Counted from the first letter of the stretch, positions 11,014-24,049 are shown. The stretch: 64,000 bases of DNA from Squalus acanthias (GCA_030390025.1 CM059432.1:124002001-124066000), one strand, 5' to 3'. Translations and numbers: made by a program. Notes: generated from the sequence alone by a model not told the origin.

Positions 11014-14000
11014 ATGGCTGTGCCTACGGGATTCATTGGAAACCTCGGCATGTATGACCGAGCTCGTGAGCCATTCAGTTCTTACATTGAGCAGATGGAG
11101 ATATTTTTTAGGGCCAATAACATTATTGAGACCGAAGGTGCAGATGAGAATGTTCAAGCTCAAAATAAAGTAATTCGTGAAAATAAGAAAGCAATTTTTC
11201 TAACAGAGATCAGGCCAGTTGTCTACGGAAGGGAAAGCGAAGGATGCGTCGTTTGAAGACATTGTCAAGAAACTCGAGGACCATTTCGACCCAAAGCCTT
11301 TAGAAATAGCAGAGAGCTATAAGTTTGGTACCAGAAACCAAAAACAAAGTGAAACCATCAGTAAGTACATTGTAGCTCTTAAGAACTTGTCTTTGCATTG
11401 TAACTTCGGCACATTTTTGGATCGTGTGTTGCAAGATAGGTTTGTGTGTGGACTGGTGGATGAGCGCACACAGTCCAAGTTACTGAACACTCTGAACCTA
11501 ACGTTTGACATAGTATGCAAAATTGCCCTATCTATGGAGATGGTGTCTAAGAATGCTCGGGAGCTCCGTCCACCTCAAATGACTTCTGCAGCTGAGGTCT
11601 ACAGTCACAAAGCCACTGCCAAACCTAAAGCTGTGAGACCAAGTCAAAAGCATGTCGGTGAGAGCAGTTCAGTGAATTGTTATCGCTGCAATGGAAATCA
11701 CTCACCACAGTCCTGCCAATATAGAAATGCGAAGCGTTTTCATTGCCAGAAGCAAGGCCATATTTCAACAGCTTGCAGAGCTAGATCGAAAGCAGGAAGT
11801 AAGAACCATTCTAGTGGCAATGCAAAGCAGCGACAACAAAAGGGAGGAATTCACAGTATTGAATGAACACACCTGATATTGAAGAACTAGGAATCTACAG
11901 TATCTGTGCCACTAGCGGCAATGCTAGCAGTCGTGAGAAAGACTTCTGTACAAAACTTTTGGTCAATGCCCAATATATTGATATGTGTATCGACACGGCA
12001 GCGAACTGCTCTATCATGAGGAAGTACACATATGAGAGTAAATTTAATCAAATACCACTTACAAAGAGTACCGTAGAGTTAAAAACCTACTCCAGAGAAA
12101 TCTTAAAGACATGTGAACAAATGGAATGTACGGTTCAACACAATGGCCAGTCAGTAAAGCTGCCTATTATTATAGCGAGCTACAACAACAGGCCAACCCT
12201 CATGGGCAAAGGTTGGTTGAGAAAGTTAAAACTAGACTGGAAAAACATCTTCAGTGTAGATGCTTCAAAGAAGCGACTCGACACAATGCTTAACAAGTAT
12301 AAAAGCATGTTCTCATACAGTTATGATTGGGTATATCACTGGATATGACGCACATATCCGCATCAAATCCAACACAAAGCCTGTCTATTGTAAGGTAAGG
12401 CCAGTCCCCCATCTGTTGAAAAGTCAGGTGGAGGAAGAGCTAGAGAAACTGAGAGAGAACGGAGTGTTAGTAAAAACTGACAAAAGTGAATGGGCTACCC
12501 CGATTGTGGTAGTGCCCAAAGCAGACAAAACTGTATGCTTGTGCGGTGACTACAAAATTACTATCAACCAAGCAGTTGACGATGAGCAGTACCTGTTACC
12601 TACATCACAAGATTTGTATGCAGCACTCTCTGGGTCAAAGGTTTTCTCTAAGCTTGACCTGTCGCACGCTTATGTTCAACTGAATGTTGACAAAGAGAGT
12701 CAACAGTATCTCACTATCAACACACACAAGGGACTGTACTCATACACCAAGCTGCCGTATGGTGTAAAGTCCTCCCCAAAATCTTCCAGGCTATGATGGA
12801 TAAGATTTTGCAAGGAATTCCAAATTGCTTATGCAATCAAGATGATGTGCTGATTGCAACAAGCAGCGAGGAAGAAAATCTAGAAGTGTTAGATATAGTG
12901 CTTCAAAGGTTGAATTCCGAGGTTGTGTACCTTGGTCTTAAAGTTGATGCAAATGGCTTGCAACCAGTTAAGGAAAAGTTGATGCTGTCATCAATGCTCC
13001 AAAGCCACAGAACGTGTCTGAGTTAAGATCTTTCCTTGGAATGGTCCAGTACTACGCACGCTTCTTACCTGAGTTAGCGACCACGTTAGCTCCATTGCAT
13101 GAGCTCCTCAAGAAGGATGTCCAGTGGAAATGGACAAAAACGCAACAAGAAGCTTACGACACTTGTAAGAGGAGTCTCTCTAGCGATGCTCTACTTGTGC
13201 ACTATGACACAGAACATGAGCTTAAGTTAGCGTGTGATGCTTCTAGTTACAGTGTGGGAGCTGTCATAAGCCACGTAATGGATGACGACCAAGAGAAACC
13301 AATCGCGTTCGCATCGCGAACCCTCACAAAGAGCGAAAGAAATTATGCGCAAATTGAAAAGGAAGAACTCGCCACAGTGTTTGGAATCAAGAAATTCCAA
13401 CAGTTCCTGATCGGCAGAAAGTTTACCCTGATAACCGATCACAAACCGCTCCTAGCAATATTGGAGCCCAAATCTGTCATCCCTGCAATGGCCGCATCAA
13501 GAATACAACATTGGGCCGTGTTGTTGTCACAATTTGACTACACGATTGTATATCGCACTTCAAAGCAAAACGCAATCGCAGATGCCTTGTCCAGGTTGCC
13601 ACATGAAGACCCGTGTTGGGAGTGAAGGTGAGATTTTCACGCAAGGTGCAGTTGACTAAGATTTTCCCGTGAATGCAACTGAGATTGCAGATGAGACACA
13701 AAAGGATTCAGTACTGAAAAGAGTGTATGAAAACACCTTGAATGGATGGACTGATCAGTGTCTGGCCACAGAGCTGAAATCATTCCATAACCGTCGTACT
13801 GAATTGTCTTGTGAGCAAGGTTGTATCCAGTGGGGAAACAGAGTGGTGGTACCGACTTCTTTGAGAGATAGAATTCTGGCCGAACTTTATACTGAACATC
13901 CAGGGATCGTCAGTATGAAATCAATTGCAAGAAGTTTTGTTTACTGGCCTGGATTGGACAGTGATCTTAAATCACTTGTCAGCAAATGCAGCATTTGCCA

Positions 14001-14870
14001 AAATTGCAGAAACAAACTATCCAAAACTCCACTACAACCCTGGTCATGGCCAAGTAGACCTTTTCAGAGAGTACATGTAGACTTCTGTGAGAAAGCAAAT
14101 GATTATTTCCTGGTACTTGTAGATAGTCACTCAAAGTGGATTGAAGTGAAACACATGGGTTCAAATACTACAACTGAACAGTGCCATAGATGAGTTGAGG
14201 TCTATCTTTGCATGTCATGGCTTACCTGAAGAGCTTGTTTCTGACAATGGCCCTCAGTTCCGTTCTGCTCTATTCCAAGAGTTCATGAAATGGAACGGTA
14301 TCAAATACACTCTTGTTTCACCATATCATCCAGCTTCAAACGGAGCAGCCGAAAGGTCAGTCAGAATAGTAAAAGAAGCTCTCAAAAAACAAGTGTTGCA
14401 GGGTTGTTCGGGACTCAGCATGAAGCAATGTTTGGCAAATTTCTTGCTGAAGTACAGAACTACTCCGCACACTACAACTGGATATACCCCAGCAGAACTC
14501 TTGATGAAGAGGAGATTGAGAACACGATGGAGTCTTGTTCAACCAAGCCTCAAGAGTTGAACAGAAACAGGTGAGTCAGAAACGTTATTATGACAGCAAT
14601 CAGAAAGAACGCAGTTTCAGACAAATGAGTGTGTTCGTGTTCTCAGTCCCCCTGGAAAGTCGAGTTCACACAAGTGGGATGTAGGAACCGTGGTAGAGGT
14701 TGGTGGAACCAAGAGATATTTGGTTGAGATTGGTGACAACATCCGAAGTGTTCATGTAGATCAAATGATCTCTGCTAGAGATGAACCAAGACATGATCTT
14801 GAACCACTTGATCATGAACACATACATGAGTTTGACTCAATTCAGATTTCAGTAACTGAAGTACCAGGTT
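11014..14870 (+). pseudogene. Frameshifted gag-pol polyprotein of the Gypsy element
   Basis: Gag with two Zn knuckles (CYRCNGNHSPQSC; degenerate RFHCQKQGHISTAC), protease IDTAA, RT (SEWATPIVVV, FSKLDL, PYG, NQDDVLI), RNase H (ACDASSY, TDHKPL, ADALSR), integrase (HPG...CSIC, VHVDF, VSDNGPQF, SNGAAER). Split over about 8 ORF fragments. Confidence 0.93.
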
Positions 14871-15155
14871 AAAACAAGTCTGAGATAGAAACAGGATCAT
14901 CTTTGAGTTCGGAACCAGAACAAAACAGCCCGAAAATTGGTTCAACACCAAAACCTTTTGTAAGGAGATCAGGAAGGCTCCACAAACCTGTTATTAAACT
15001 GGATTTGTAGTTCATTTGTAGCATTTGTAGTTGAATTAAAACAAAAAATGCCAGGAGTTCTTGTTATGTGGTACATGTAATGCTGGGAAAAGTGAGGCCA
15101 TATTTCTGTTGTATTTGAGAGGGAAATATGTACATTTTTTTTAAGGGCAAAGCAG

Positions 15156-15289
15156 TGTAATGTATTATCACATGGTTTGTCACATGGTTTAGTATGAGCA
15201 TGCTCAGTTCGCTCTGGCCTGGTAAAGCAAGCACATGGACTAGCAACTGGTGTCTCTGTCCTTCATTTGTTCTACCCACATATATTACA
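15156..15289 (+). repeat. 3' LTR of Gypsy element
   Basis: Direct repeat of 10623-10756. Confidence 0.95.
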
Positions 15290-15739
15290 AGTACCTTAAT
15301 TGGATATGCACTGTGGGACTAGGAAAGCAAACTTAAAATTGTCAACAGTGTTAAACAACTCAACTGTAGTACAGAAAATAGAAATTAATTTACTCTTCAA
15401 TACCTACACTGCTGGGTATGAAATCTACTGCAGGTCCCAGCAGAGGAATAATTTCCATAAATTCCGAATATTTTTTGAGGACAAGTAGCTTTCTTTAGAA
15501 CAAACTGAAATACATCATAGAGGTCTCTAAATTATGCTAAGATCCTCAAGGGATGAACTGGCCAGATTAGGTTTAGGATATAGTGGGATAAAATTGCATT
15601 TGGGTGCTCGCCCGAACAAAGAGGCCCGAGGATAGATGGAGTCTGGTCCTTGGGCCTCATCAACATATTCGGGCCCAGCTTCTGAAGCTGGTTGTACCTC
15701 CATGGTCAGCTCACCCGAGGGAAGGCATCAATGTTGGAA

Positions 15740-15840
15740 ATAAAAACAGAAAATGCTTGAAATACTCAGCAGGTCAGGCAGCATCTGTAGAGAGAGAAAC
15801 AGAGTTACTGTTTCAGGTCGATGACCTTTAGTCAGAACCA
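15740..15840 (-). repeat. Penelope-like terminal fragment with degenerate hammerhead motif
   Basis: Minus strand reads gtt-CTGACTA-a-aggtc-atc-gacct-GAAA-cagt-aac: hammerhead topology with a core substitution. Confidence 0.6.
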
Positions 15841-16073
15841 ATGTTGGAAAGCCTGGCTCGCTGACAGCGGCCCTTGGCTAAGTCCCAGGGGAGAGGTGGA
15901 TGTTGGAGTGGACGACGGGGGAGGGGTCCGATCGCGATGCCTCTGGAACTTACCTTCCGTTGGTGGCCATAGGAACTGCTGAAGAATCCTGAGTGGGAGA
16001 AGCCTGATGCTCATCGCTGACTAATCTCAGCAAGGGGTCCTTCAACAGGCATTAGGCACCTAATTAACATATT

Positions 16074-16149
16074 GGGGTAGAATTTGGTATGTGTTGCGCC
16101 CGTTTTACGCCCAAAAAACTGGCATAACGCCAATACCAATTTCTACCCA
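16074..16149. mobile_element. Minimal 76-bp TIR element (Harbinger-type ends)
   Basis: ggggtagaatttggtat ... ataccaatttctaccca; TIR similar to that of 45100-45993. Confidence 0.6.
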
Positions 16150-16379
16150 GAAAGTCAGCAGTAACGCAGCAGTGGGTCCTGACTTAAATGTATACATATA
16201 ACCCATTTGATTCAGAATGGGCTGAATGGCCCACTGTTGTCCGTATGTTTGTATGACTGTCCTGCTATCCTTCTATTGGTCCTCCTCTTCCTCTCCAAAG
16301 CATAGAGAAAGGGGTTTTCCCATGGGGAAGCCCATCGTGGCACTATTGAAGCTGTAAAAACAAAAAATGCAGCAGCACA

Positions 16380-18823
16380 ATTTTTTAATTTTTTCTTATT
16401 CGTTCCTGGGATGTGGGCGTCGCTGGCAAGGCCAGCATTTATTGCCCATCCCTAATTGCCCTCGAGAAGGTGGTGGTGAGCCACCTTCTTGAACCGCTGC
16501 AGTCCGTGTGGTGAAGGTACTCACAGTGCTGTTAGGGAGGGAGTTCCAGGATTTAGACCCAGCGACGATGAAGGAATCGTGATATACTTCCAAGTCAGGA
16601 TGGTGTGCGACTTGGAGAGAAACTTGGAGGTGGTGGTGTTCCCATGCACCTGCTGCACTTGTCCTTCTAGGTGGTAGAGGTCGCGGGTTTAGGAGGTGCT
16701 GCCAAAGAAGCCTTGGCGAGTTGCTGCAGTGCACCTTGTCGATGGTACACACTGCAGCCATGGTACGTCGGTGGTGGAGGGAGTGAATGTTTAAGGTGGT
16801 GGATGGGGTGCCAATCAAGCAGGCTGCTTTGTCCTGGATGGTGTCGAGCTTCTTGAGTGTTGTTGGAGCTGGGCATCAGTGAGCAGGTTATTGGTGAGTA
16901 TTGATAGCACTGTTGATGACACCTTCCATTACTTTGCTGAAGATTGAGAGTGGACTGATGGGGCGGTAATTGGCCGATTGGATTTGTCCTGCTTTTTGTG
17001 GACAGGACATACCTGGGCAGTTTTCCACATTGTCGGATAGATGCCAGTGTTGTAGCTGTACTGGAACAGCTTGGCTAGAGGCGCAGCTAGTTCTGGAGCA
17101 CAAGTTTTCAACACGATAGCCAGGATGTTGTCAGGGGCCCATAGCCTTTGCTGTATCCAGTGCACTCAGCCATTTCTTGATATCACGTCAAGTGAACTGA
17201 ATCGGCTGAAGACTGGCTTCTGTGATGGTGGGGACCTCAGGAGTAGGCCGATATGGATCATCCACTCGGCACTTCTGGCTGAAGTTGGTTGCAAACGCTT
17301 CAGCCTTGTGTTTTGCACTCACGTGCTGGGCTCCACTGTCATTGAGGATGGAGATATTCATGGAGCCTCCTCCTCCCGTTAGTTGTTTAATGGTCCACCA
17401 TCATTCATGACTGAATGTAGCAGGACTGCAGAGCTTTGATCTAATCTATTGACTGTGGGATCGCTTAGCCCTTTCTATAGCATGCTGCTCCGCTTTTTCG
17501 CATGCATGTAGTCCTGTATTGCAACTTCCCCAGGTTGGCAACTCATTTTTAGGTACGCCTGGTGCTGCTCCTGACATGCTCTTCTACACTCCTTATTGAA
17601 CCAGGTTTGGTCCTCTGGCTTGATGGTAATGGTAGAGTGAGGGATATGCTGAGCTATGAGGTTACAGATTGTGGTGGAATACAATTCTGCTGCTGCTGAT
17701 GGCCCACAGGACCTCATGGATGCCTAGTTTTGAGCTGCTAGATCTGTTCTGAATCTATCCCATTTAGCACGGTGGTAGCACCACACAACATGATGGAGGG
17801 TGTCCTCAGTGTGAAGATAGGACTTCGTCTCCACAATGACTGTGCGGTGGTCACTGCTACCAATACTGTCATGGACAGATGCATCTGCGACAGGTAGATT
17901 GGTGAGGACAGGTAGGTTTCTCCCTCGTGTTGGTTCTCTCACCACCTATCGCAGGCCCAAACTGGCAGCTATGTCCTTCAGGACTCAGCCAGCTCGGTCA
18001 GTAGTGGTGCTACCGAGCCACTCTTGGTGATGGACATTAAGTCCCCCACCCAGAGTACATTCTGTGCCCTTGCTACTCTCAGTGCTTCTTCCAAGTGGTG
18101 TTCAACATGGAGGAGTACTGATTCATCAGCTGAGGGAGGGTGGTAGGTGGTAATCAGCAGGAGCTTTCCTTGCCCATGCTTGACCTGAGGCCTTGAGACT
18201 TCATGGGGTCCGGAGTCAATGTTGAGGACTCCCAAAGCCACTCCTTCCTGACTGTATACCACTGTGCCGCCACCCCTGGTGGGTCTGTCCTGCCGGTGGG
18301 ACAGGACATACCCAGGGATGGTGATGGAGGAGTTTGGGACATTGGCTGAAAGGTATGATTCTGTGAGTATGACTATGTCAGGCTGTTGCTTGACTAGTTT
18401 ATGCGACAGCTCTCCCAATTTTGGCACAGGTCCCCAGGTGTTGGTGAGGAGGACTTTGCAGGGTCGACTGGGCTGGGTGTGCCGTTGCCGTGTCCATAGC
18501 CGGTGCTGAGGTCGATGCCGGGTGGTCCATCCGGTTTCATTCTTATTATTTTTAGTGTTTCGTAGCGGTTTGTTACAACTGAGTGGCTTGCTAGGCCATT
18601 TCAGAAGGCAGTTAAGAGTCAACCATATTGTTGTGGGTCTGGAGTCACATATAGGCCAGACCAGATAAGGACGGCAGATTTCCTTCCCTAAAGAACATTA
18701 GTGAACCAGATGGGTTTTTACGACAGTCCGATAGTTTCATGTTTACCATTACTGATGCTAGCTTTTTTTTAAATTCCAGAGTTATTTAATTAACTGAATT
18801 TAAATTCCCCAGCTGCCATGGTG
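16380..18823 (-). mobile_element. Single-ORF APE-type LINE (CR1-group-like) with RT core deleted
   Basis: APE motifs (PDIVILTESYL, IPGY...RQDR...GGG, TYHPP, WVGD, SDH); start of RT (ANYRPISPLS) joined at ~16880 directly to the C-terminal region (HSLHHRR, WNSLP); 3' end with AATAAA and A-rich tail at 16380-16445; no ORF1 between leader and APE. Confidence 0.88.
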
Positions 18824-20129
18824 CCACAATGGTTCCTAAAATGTGACTACAAAAAACTGACATCATCTCACGTTAATTGAAATATTACAATAACGCTCCC
18901 ACTTTTCATCATTTAATACAGTACCCCAAATTTGCGTGTTATGCAAAGTGGGCAGAGACAGGGTCACAGAACACCATTCATTTTTCCAATCTGGTTCACC
19001 CAACTTATGCCTGTTTATTATACAAATCTGATCATAATATATACCATCAAAAATGCATCAGGAATTCAATGAGAATCAAAGTTGTTAATGGTATGCAGTT
19101 TTTGGAATCTGAATGTTAAAATTTTCTCTGATGAGCAGGGAAAATAACTTTTCTAACCCTTCAATGACACATCCTAGTTAACTGCAAGACGAAATTCTGA
19201 TAGCTCTTACTTGTCGTTCTCAATACAAGCTTCGAAGCCGAATGCATTGCAGTTCCCTATTTAGACGAGAAATGCATTTATTTGAAGTCAGCCATAAAGT
19301 TCTACTTACCTGTATTCAGCAGAGTTACTTTGTTCCCCAGTATCCTGTCACACATAGCAGATATGTAAATCTTTCTGTGGTCATATCGAAAGACGTTTTT
19401 GCTGCCAGAGAAACACAATACACTGGACAGCACATCCATGTAGTTGCTTAAAGGAGGCTCTTTATTTAAAGTCTGAGAAATGGTTACTCTAAAGTCCCAC
19501 ATCAAACAGTTAAGGTGAACAAAATCTTGGGTTCGGTCACATTTACCGAATTAGACATTGAGTTCACATCATCCACATTTCTGCTACCTTCATGTCCCGA
19601 GAGGGCGGAAACACTTGAGGGGAGTGGGGCGGGGGGGCGGGGCGGTTTGCTCAGGCCCTCCCAGACCGCAACCGTGGTCTCCATGGTTCCCTATGTAAGG
19701 CTGATGGCTGATCTTCAGAAAATATTCCTAAACAAAATCATTTTCTGCACGCTTTCTTGGCCTGGACCCAACTGGTGGCATCCACATTACACGTTAAATC
19801 ACTTGGCAAACTGGCCTCCACTGATATGCTGGGTCCCAACTGAGCCAAATGAGCAACAACCTCCTGCACAGGGAGGCTCGACCCTCGCTCTGGCCATTTG
19901 CCGTGTAATGAGTGCACAGAGTTGTTTCTCCTTACTAGGCCAATAGGAAACGCCCAGAAATGGTGGAGATCCGGTACAACCTGAGGGTGTTCTGCCAGTC
20001 TCCTGCCAGAGTTACAGCAGAAGATCGGTGAAACCCCCCCTCCTGATGAAATACTCCTCATTCTACTAACTGTAAGAATCACAAAGAAAAATGAGTTTGG
20101 GCAGTCTCAACCCAATTTCGAGCAAGCAT

Positions 20130-21319
20130 GGGGCTAATTTTAACCCCCAGAAATTGGTGGGCTGAGATCGGGTGAGATGTAAAAATTCTTAAATCTCAAA
20201 CCCGACCCCAACCCGCCCACTTCCAGGTTTAACAAAGGCGGGATAGGGGTGGGCAGCCAACCTGCTCCCAAGAGGCAGGTTGGCCATTTAAATATTATAA
20301 TGAGGATGGGAGCCTCACATTTAACCTGTCTTACAGGTTTAGCCCTGGCTGGCCAGGTTTCCCAGCCAAAACCCCTCCTCCCCCTCAGCCCACGCAACCC
20401 GCCCCTGCCAATATTGCGACCCATGAGTCCATAGGAAAAAAACATTAGTATAATGAAGCACTAATTAGCTTGCCATTCAGATGAGCTCAGAAGGATGGTT
20501 GGTGTGGGAAATAGTGGAATTCACAATGGTACAAGAGGTGACTGTTCTTCTGAAGTTGAAGTTGAGGTACACTTATGGCTGATCACAGACATGCGCCTAA
20601 CCCACATAAGAGAGTGCTTGATGCTAAAACTGATGACAAAGTAGGCAAGTGTTCCATTCCCTAATACTAACCCGGCTCGTCCGACTGTATGCTGAAAAAT
20701 GCAATGGTGGGGAGGGAATTGTTGAGAGCGGCGGGTGAGGGATGAAAGGCGTGTTGACAGGTGTTGTGGAGAAAGGTGGAGAGATGAAGAGCTGTACTCA
20801 CCCTTGCTTCTCTTGTGAGGACATTGAACCTCTTCCTACACTGAAGCCAGGTCCTGGGAATGATGCTGCTGTCACTGACCCTCTCCCCCACCAGTGTCCA
20901 GGCCTGCTGGATAGTGGTCCTGCGGATGCTCCTGCAAGTGCTGGCGAACAGTACCACCCTCCTTGCCTGGACCTCCTTCACCAGGAGCTCCAGGGAGGCA
21001 TCCTAAGAGCAGCCTTTCGACTCATTGCTCAGAATCCCCTCCTTGCAGCAGTATGACATCGAAATCTGAAAGCGGTGAATGCAACCTCGCTTTAAGAGGT
21101 GCATTCCCGCTTTAAATCGGCCTTGGGAGGCCTGCCGTAAATCGCGTGGAGAAAGTGGGCGGGGTGCCCATTTCCTGACTCGATCAGGTGGGCAGCCCAT
21201 CATACAAATGTAAATGGGACCCGGGAGTTAAAATGGCTCAGGCCCCATGCTGCCGACATAATGAGGGCTCCCCGGTCCCCCCCTCCCCCCTGATTCACAC
21301 CCCAAGTTAAAATGGTGCT
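20130..21319 (-). mobile_element. Harbinger derivative retaining Myb/SANT-like exon
   Basis: Degenerate TIRs ggggctaattttaac / gttaaaatggtgct; minus-strand peptide KEVQARRVVLF...QQAWTLVGERVS...RTWLQCRKRFNVLTREAR followed by GTGAGT donor (~20795-20800). Confidence 0.75.
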
Positions 21320-24049
21320 TTAGTGTAGCTGAGCTCTGCGTGCAAGTGACAATTGGAGCTGAGGGTCATTAACGGGAACATCAATGAGAAAACCTGTTGA
21401 TGCTGCTTAGAGTGATTAAACCTTTTGTCAAGTGAAGATTGTGGATGTACCAACCTGGCTATCATTCGCAATCCTGCATGTGTACGAGTGGTGTGAACTG
21501 ATATCGTCTTCTCTTTTCTTTCTTTTCATACATTATAAATGTGTGTATATATATATATATGTACACTATCGCAAAGCAAACACAGTTTGCAGCTGACTCA
21601 TGAGTAAGGAGAAGGGGTGTGCACTGAATGCAAAGCATGGAGCAATAATTTATTCGAATCATGTTATGACGTGCATGCATTATTCATCACAGCATCCCAC
21701 CCAGATCTCTGCAACAGCAAGCGCCATGCTAATGACCTCACTGCTCACCCGACAACGTGAAATCAAGAGTCCCATTGACATGTTTTTAAAAAAATGTAAT
21801 CTCTCAACCCCAGGTAATTCAGGTCATGCTGACTGGGGTGTCTGTAAGTGTTACAGTTAAATATTAAAGCAGCTGGTTCAGAGTACACAGGTAACAATTC
21901 CTTAGCGTTCCGAGAATCAGCTTTGCAAAACTAAATTATTTTTCAGCTTACTGCACTGCAATAATCTCTGTTCAACATACTGCAATGCAAAATCTGACCG
22001 ATTTATTTTTCTCTCCATTGTCAGCAAGCAAACCTACCTTGCCCTGCATAGTGGTTGATTTGATTTAAAATTGCACAACTATGTCCATGTAGTAGCCTCT
22101 TTGGAATATACAACAATTCAGTTTCTTTCCAGTCCAATTAACCTTTATCATGTAAGCTGATCAAGTTTTTAGACCGCGATGGACCTCAATGTATCCATTA
22201 TTTTAATCTGAATAAACTATTTTCAAATAGTTGCTACTCCATCTCTTTCCTATCCACAGCTGCAGTTCTTCCTATTAACATGGTATGCCCACAATGGAAA
22301 CTCAGTCTGTTGGCCACTGAAGTAGTATGACTGTAAGACTCCCTCCAACTATCAGAGGTGAGGAAGAAAAAGCCCTGATTTTAACTCAGGGCGTGAATCA
22401 GGAAGGAAGCTTCCTTGGTGCTGTAAGCATGAGCCCCGGGCAGTTTTAACTCCTGGGCCTCACTTCCATTTGATTGACATTCTCATTCTATCTTGCCTCT
22501 TCTCCAGCTCTCACCACATGCACTGTATGCACAAGGCCTAACATATCTCCACTTACAAGACCGGGGGCAAAGTACCCAATATCGTAGCTGTCAGTCAAGT
22601 GGAGCAAGAGGCCCCAGACATTAGTGGCCCATGCAGAGCCATGAGATTCGGGGAAGGCGAGGCTGGTGGCTTGTCTGAGCAGGGTGTCTGTATATTACTT
22701 GTAAACCCTTCATTCACCTCAACCATTATTCAGCAAGCTTGACAACTTTGAGCTGCATTCTGAAGACTGTCATCTGCTAATGTTCAGCCTCTTAGTGCCA
22801 TCCTAACACTTGCCCCTTTTCTCTTTTCTCTAGGTCATTCTCAGCAGCAAGAATTTGCAGAGGAAGATACCTCAGAGGAGGACAATCCTCCTGAGTCTGC
22901 ACTGTCATGCGTTCCATCCCTCCCAAGCACCAGCGCAGACACTCCCATTCCGCATAGGTTAGATAGTGAGGCAGAGAGGGGTCTGCACATGGTGAAATAC
23001 CCAGCATGAGTGAGGAGCAGTAAGCAGTGGTGGCAGGGACAGCCCAGGAGAGAGCTCGCCGGTGGGCAAGGTCCTCTCCCGGCTCTGTCCAGCAGGACAG
23101 AGATGAGGACCTCAGGGGGCCAGCCACGAAAAGAAAACTGCTCGCCTCTCGCAAGCAGTTATATGAGGTATTGGAAACCTGCCAAGAAGTTTCAGCACCA
23201 TGGCTGAAAGTATGGAGGAGTCCGCTTCCAGTCTGCGCGGTGCCATCTCACGTGGCATTATCACTCTGCAGAGTGTTGCTGCCTCCAAGGACACTGCAGC
23301 TGGGCCCTCGCAAAGGAAGTCAGTGCCACTAGCCTTTTGTGGAAGCTCAAACGGCTGCCAGGCAGGCTTTGGACTCCATCTTGGTGAGACAGGTGTCCAC
23401 CATGGACAGATAGGTAGACTGAATATATGTAGGCTTTCAAGGAGTCGGTCAGCTTCTGCAGTCTGCTCTCCCGCAGATCAGTATACGTGACGAGCCCCAG
23501 ACTCATCGGAGTTGGAGTGGCGCAATGGGAGCAGTGCATGTTCCCCTCTCTCAGGATGCCATGCATCTGCTCTTTGCCGCCTCCTTAACCAATATCTGCC
23601 ATGGTGCTAGCAAGTTACCTGGGCCAGACGGCCACGGTAGTAGCCAATGTGCAGCAGTCGGTAGCCAGTCCCTCACCGCTCGAGCACCCAGAAGTCGCTA
23701 GCTACGAGCATCTCAAAGGTCCCAACATGAGCAACAGTAGCCTTCCACCAGCTTTGCTGAGGCCACTAGGGGAGCACCTTGTAGCAGTGGTAGAGTTAGG
23801 AAATCTTCTTATAAGGCACCATGGGTTGACACTTGGGTAAGAAATGAACGGAAGGCAATTATTGCATTGGGAATAAAGTTCATCACCTTTATCAAATTTG
23901 GCACTTTGGTCTGCAGTGTGGTGGTACAGCAGCTTCTGCATTGTAAGTATAGTTTGAATGTTCCATAATGCAGGAGTAGGGAGTGGGGAAGAATGTAACA
24001 AGAATTGTTAATGCAGAGAAGCTTTGTGTATGTTTTCAGGGCGAGGGAA

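Larger units (their letters stand above)
10623..15289 (+). mobile_element. Full-length Ty3/Gypsy LTR retrotransposon (inactivated)
   Basis: 134-bp TG...CA LTRs at 10623-10756 and 15156-15289; 5-bp TSD AGTAC (10618-10622, 15290-15294); PBS at 10761; purine tract 15143-15155; domain order gag-PR-RT-RH-IN. Confidence 0.96.
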
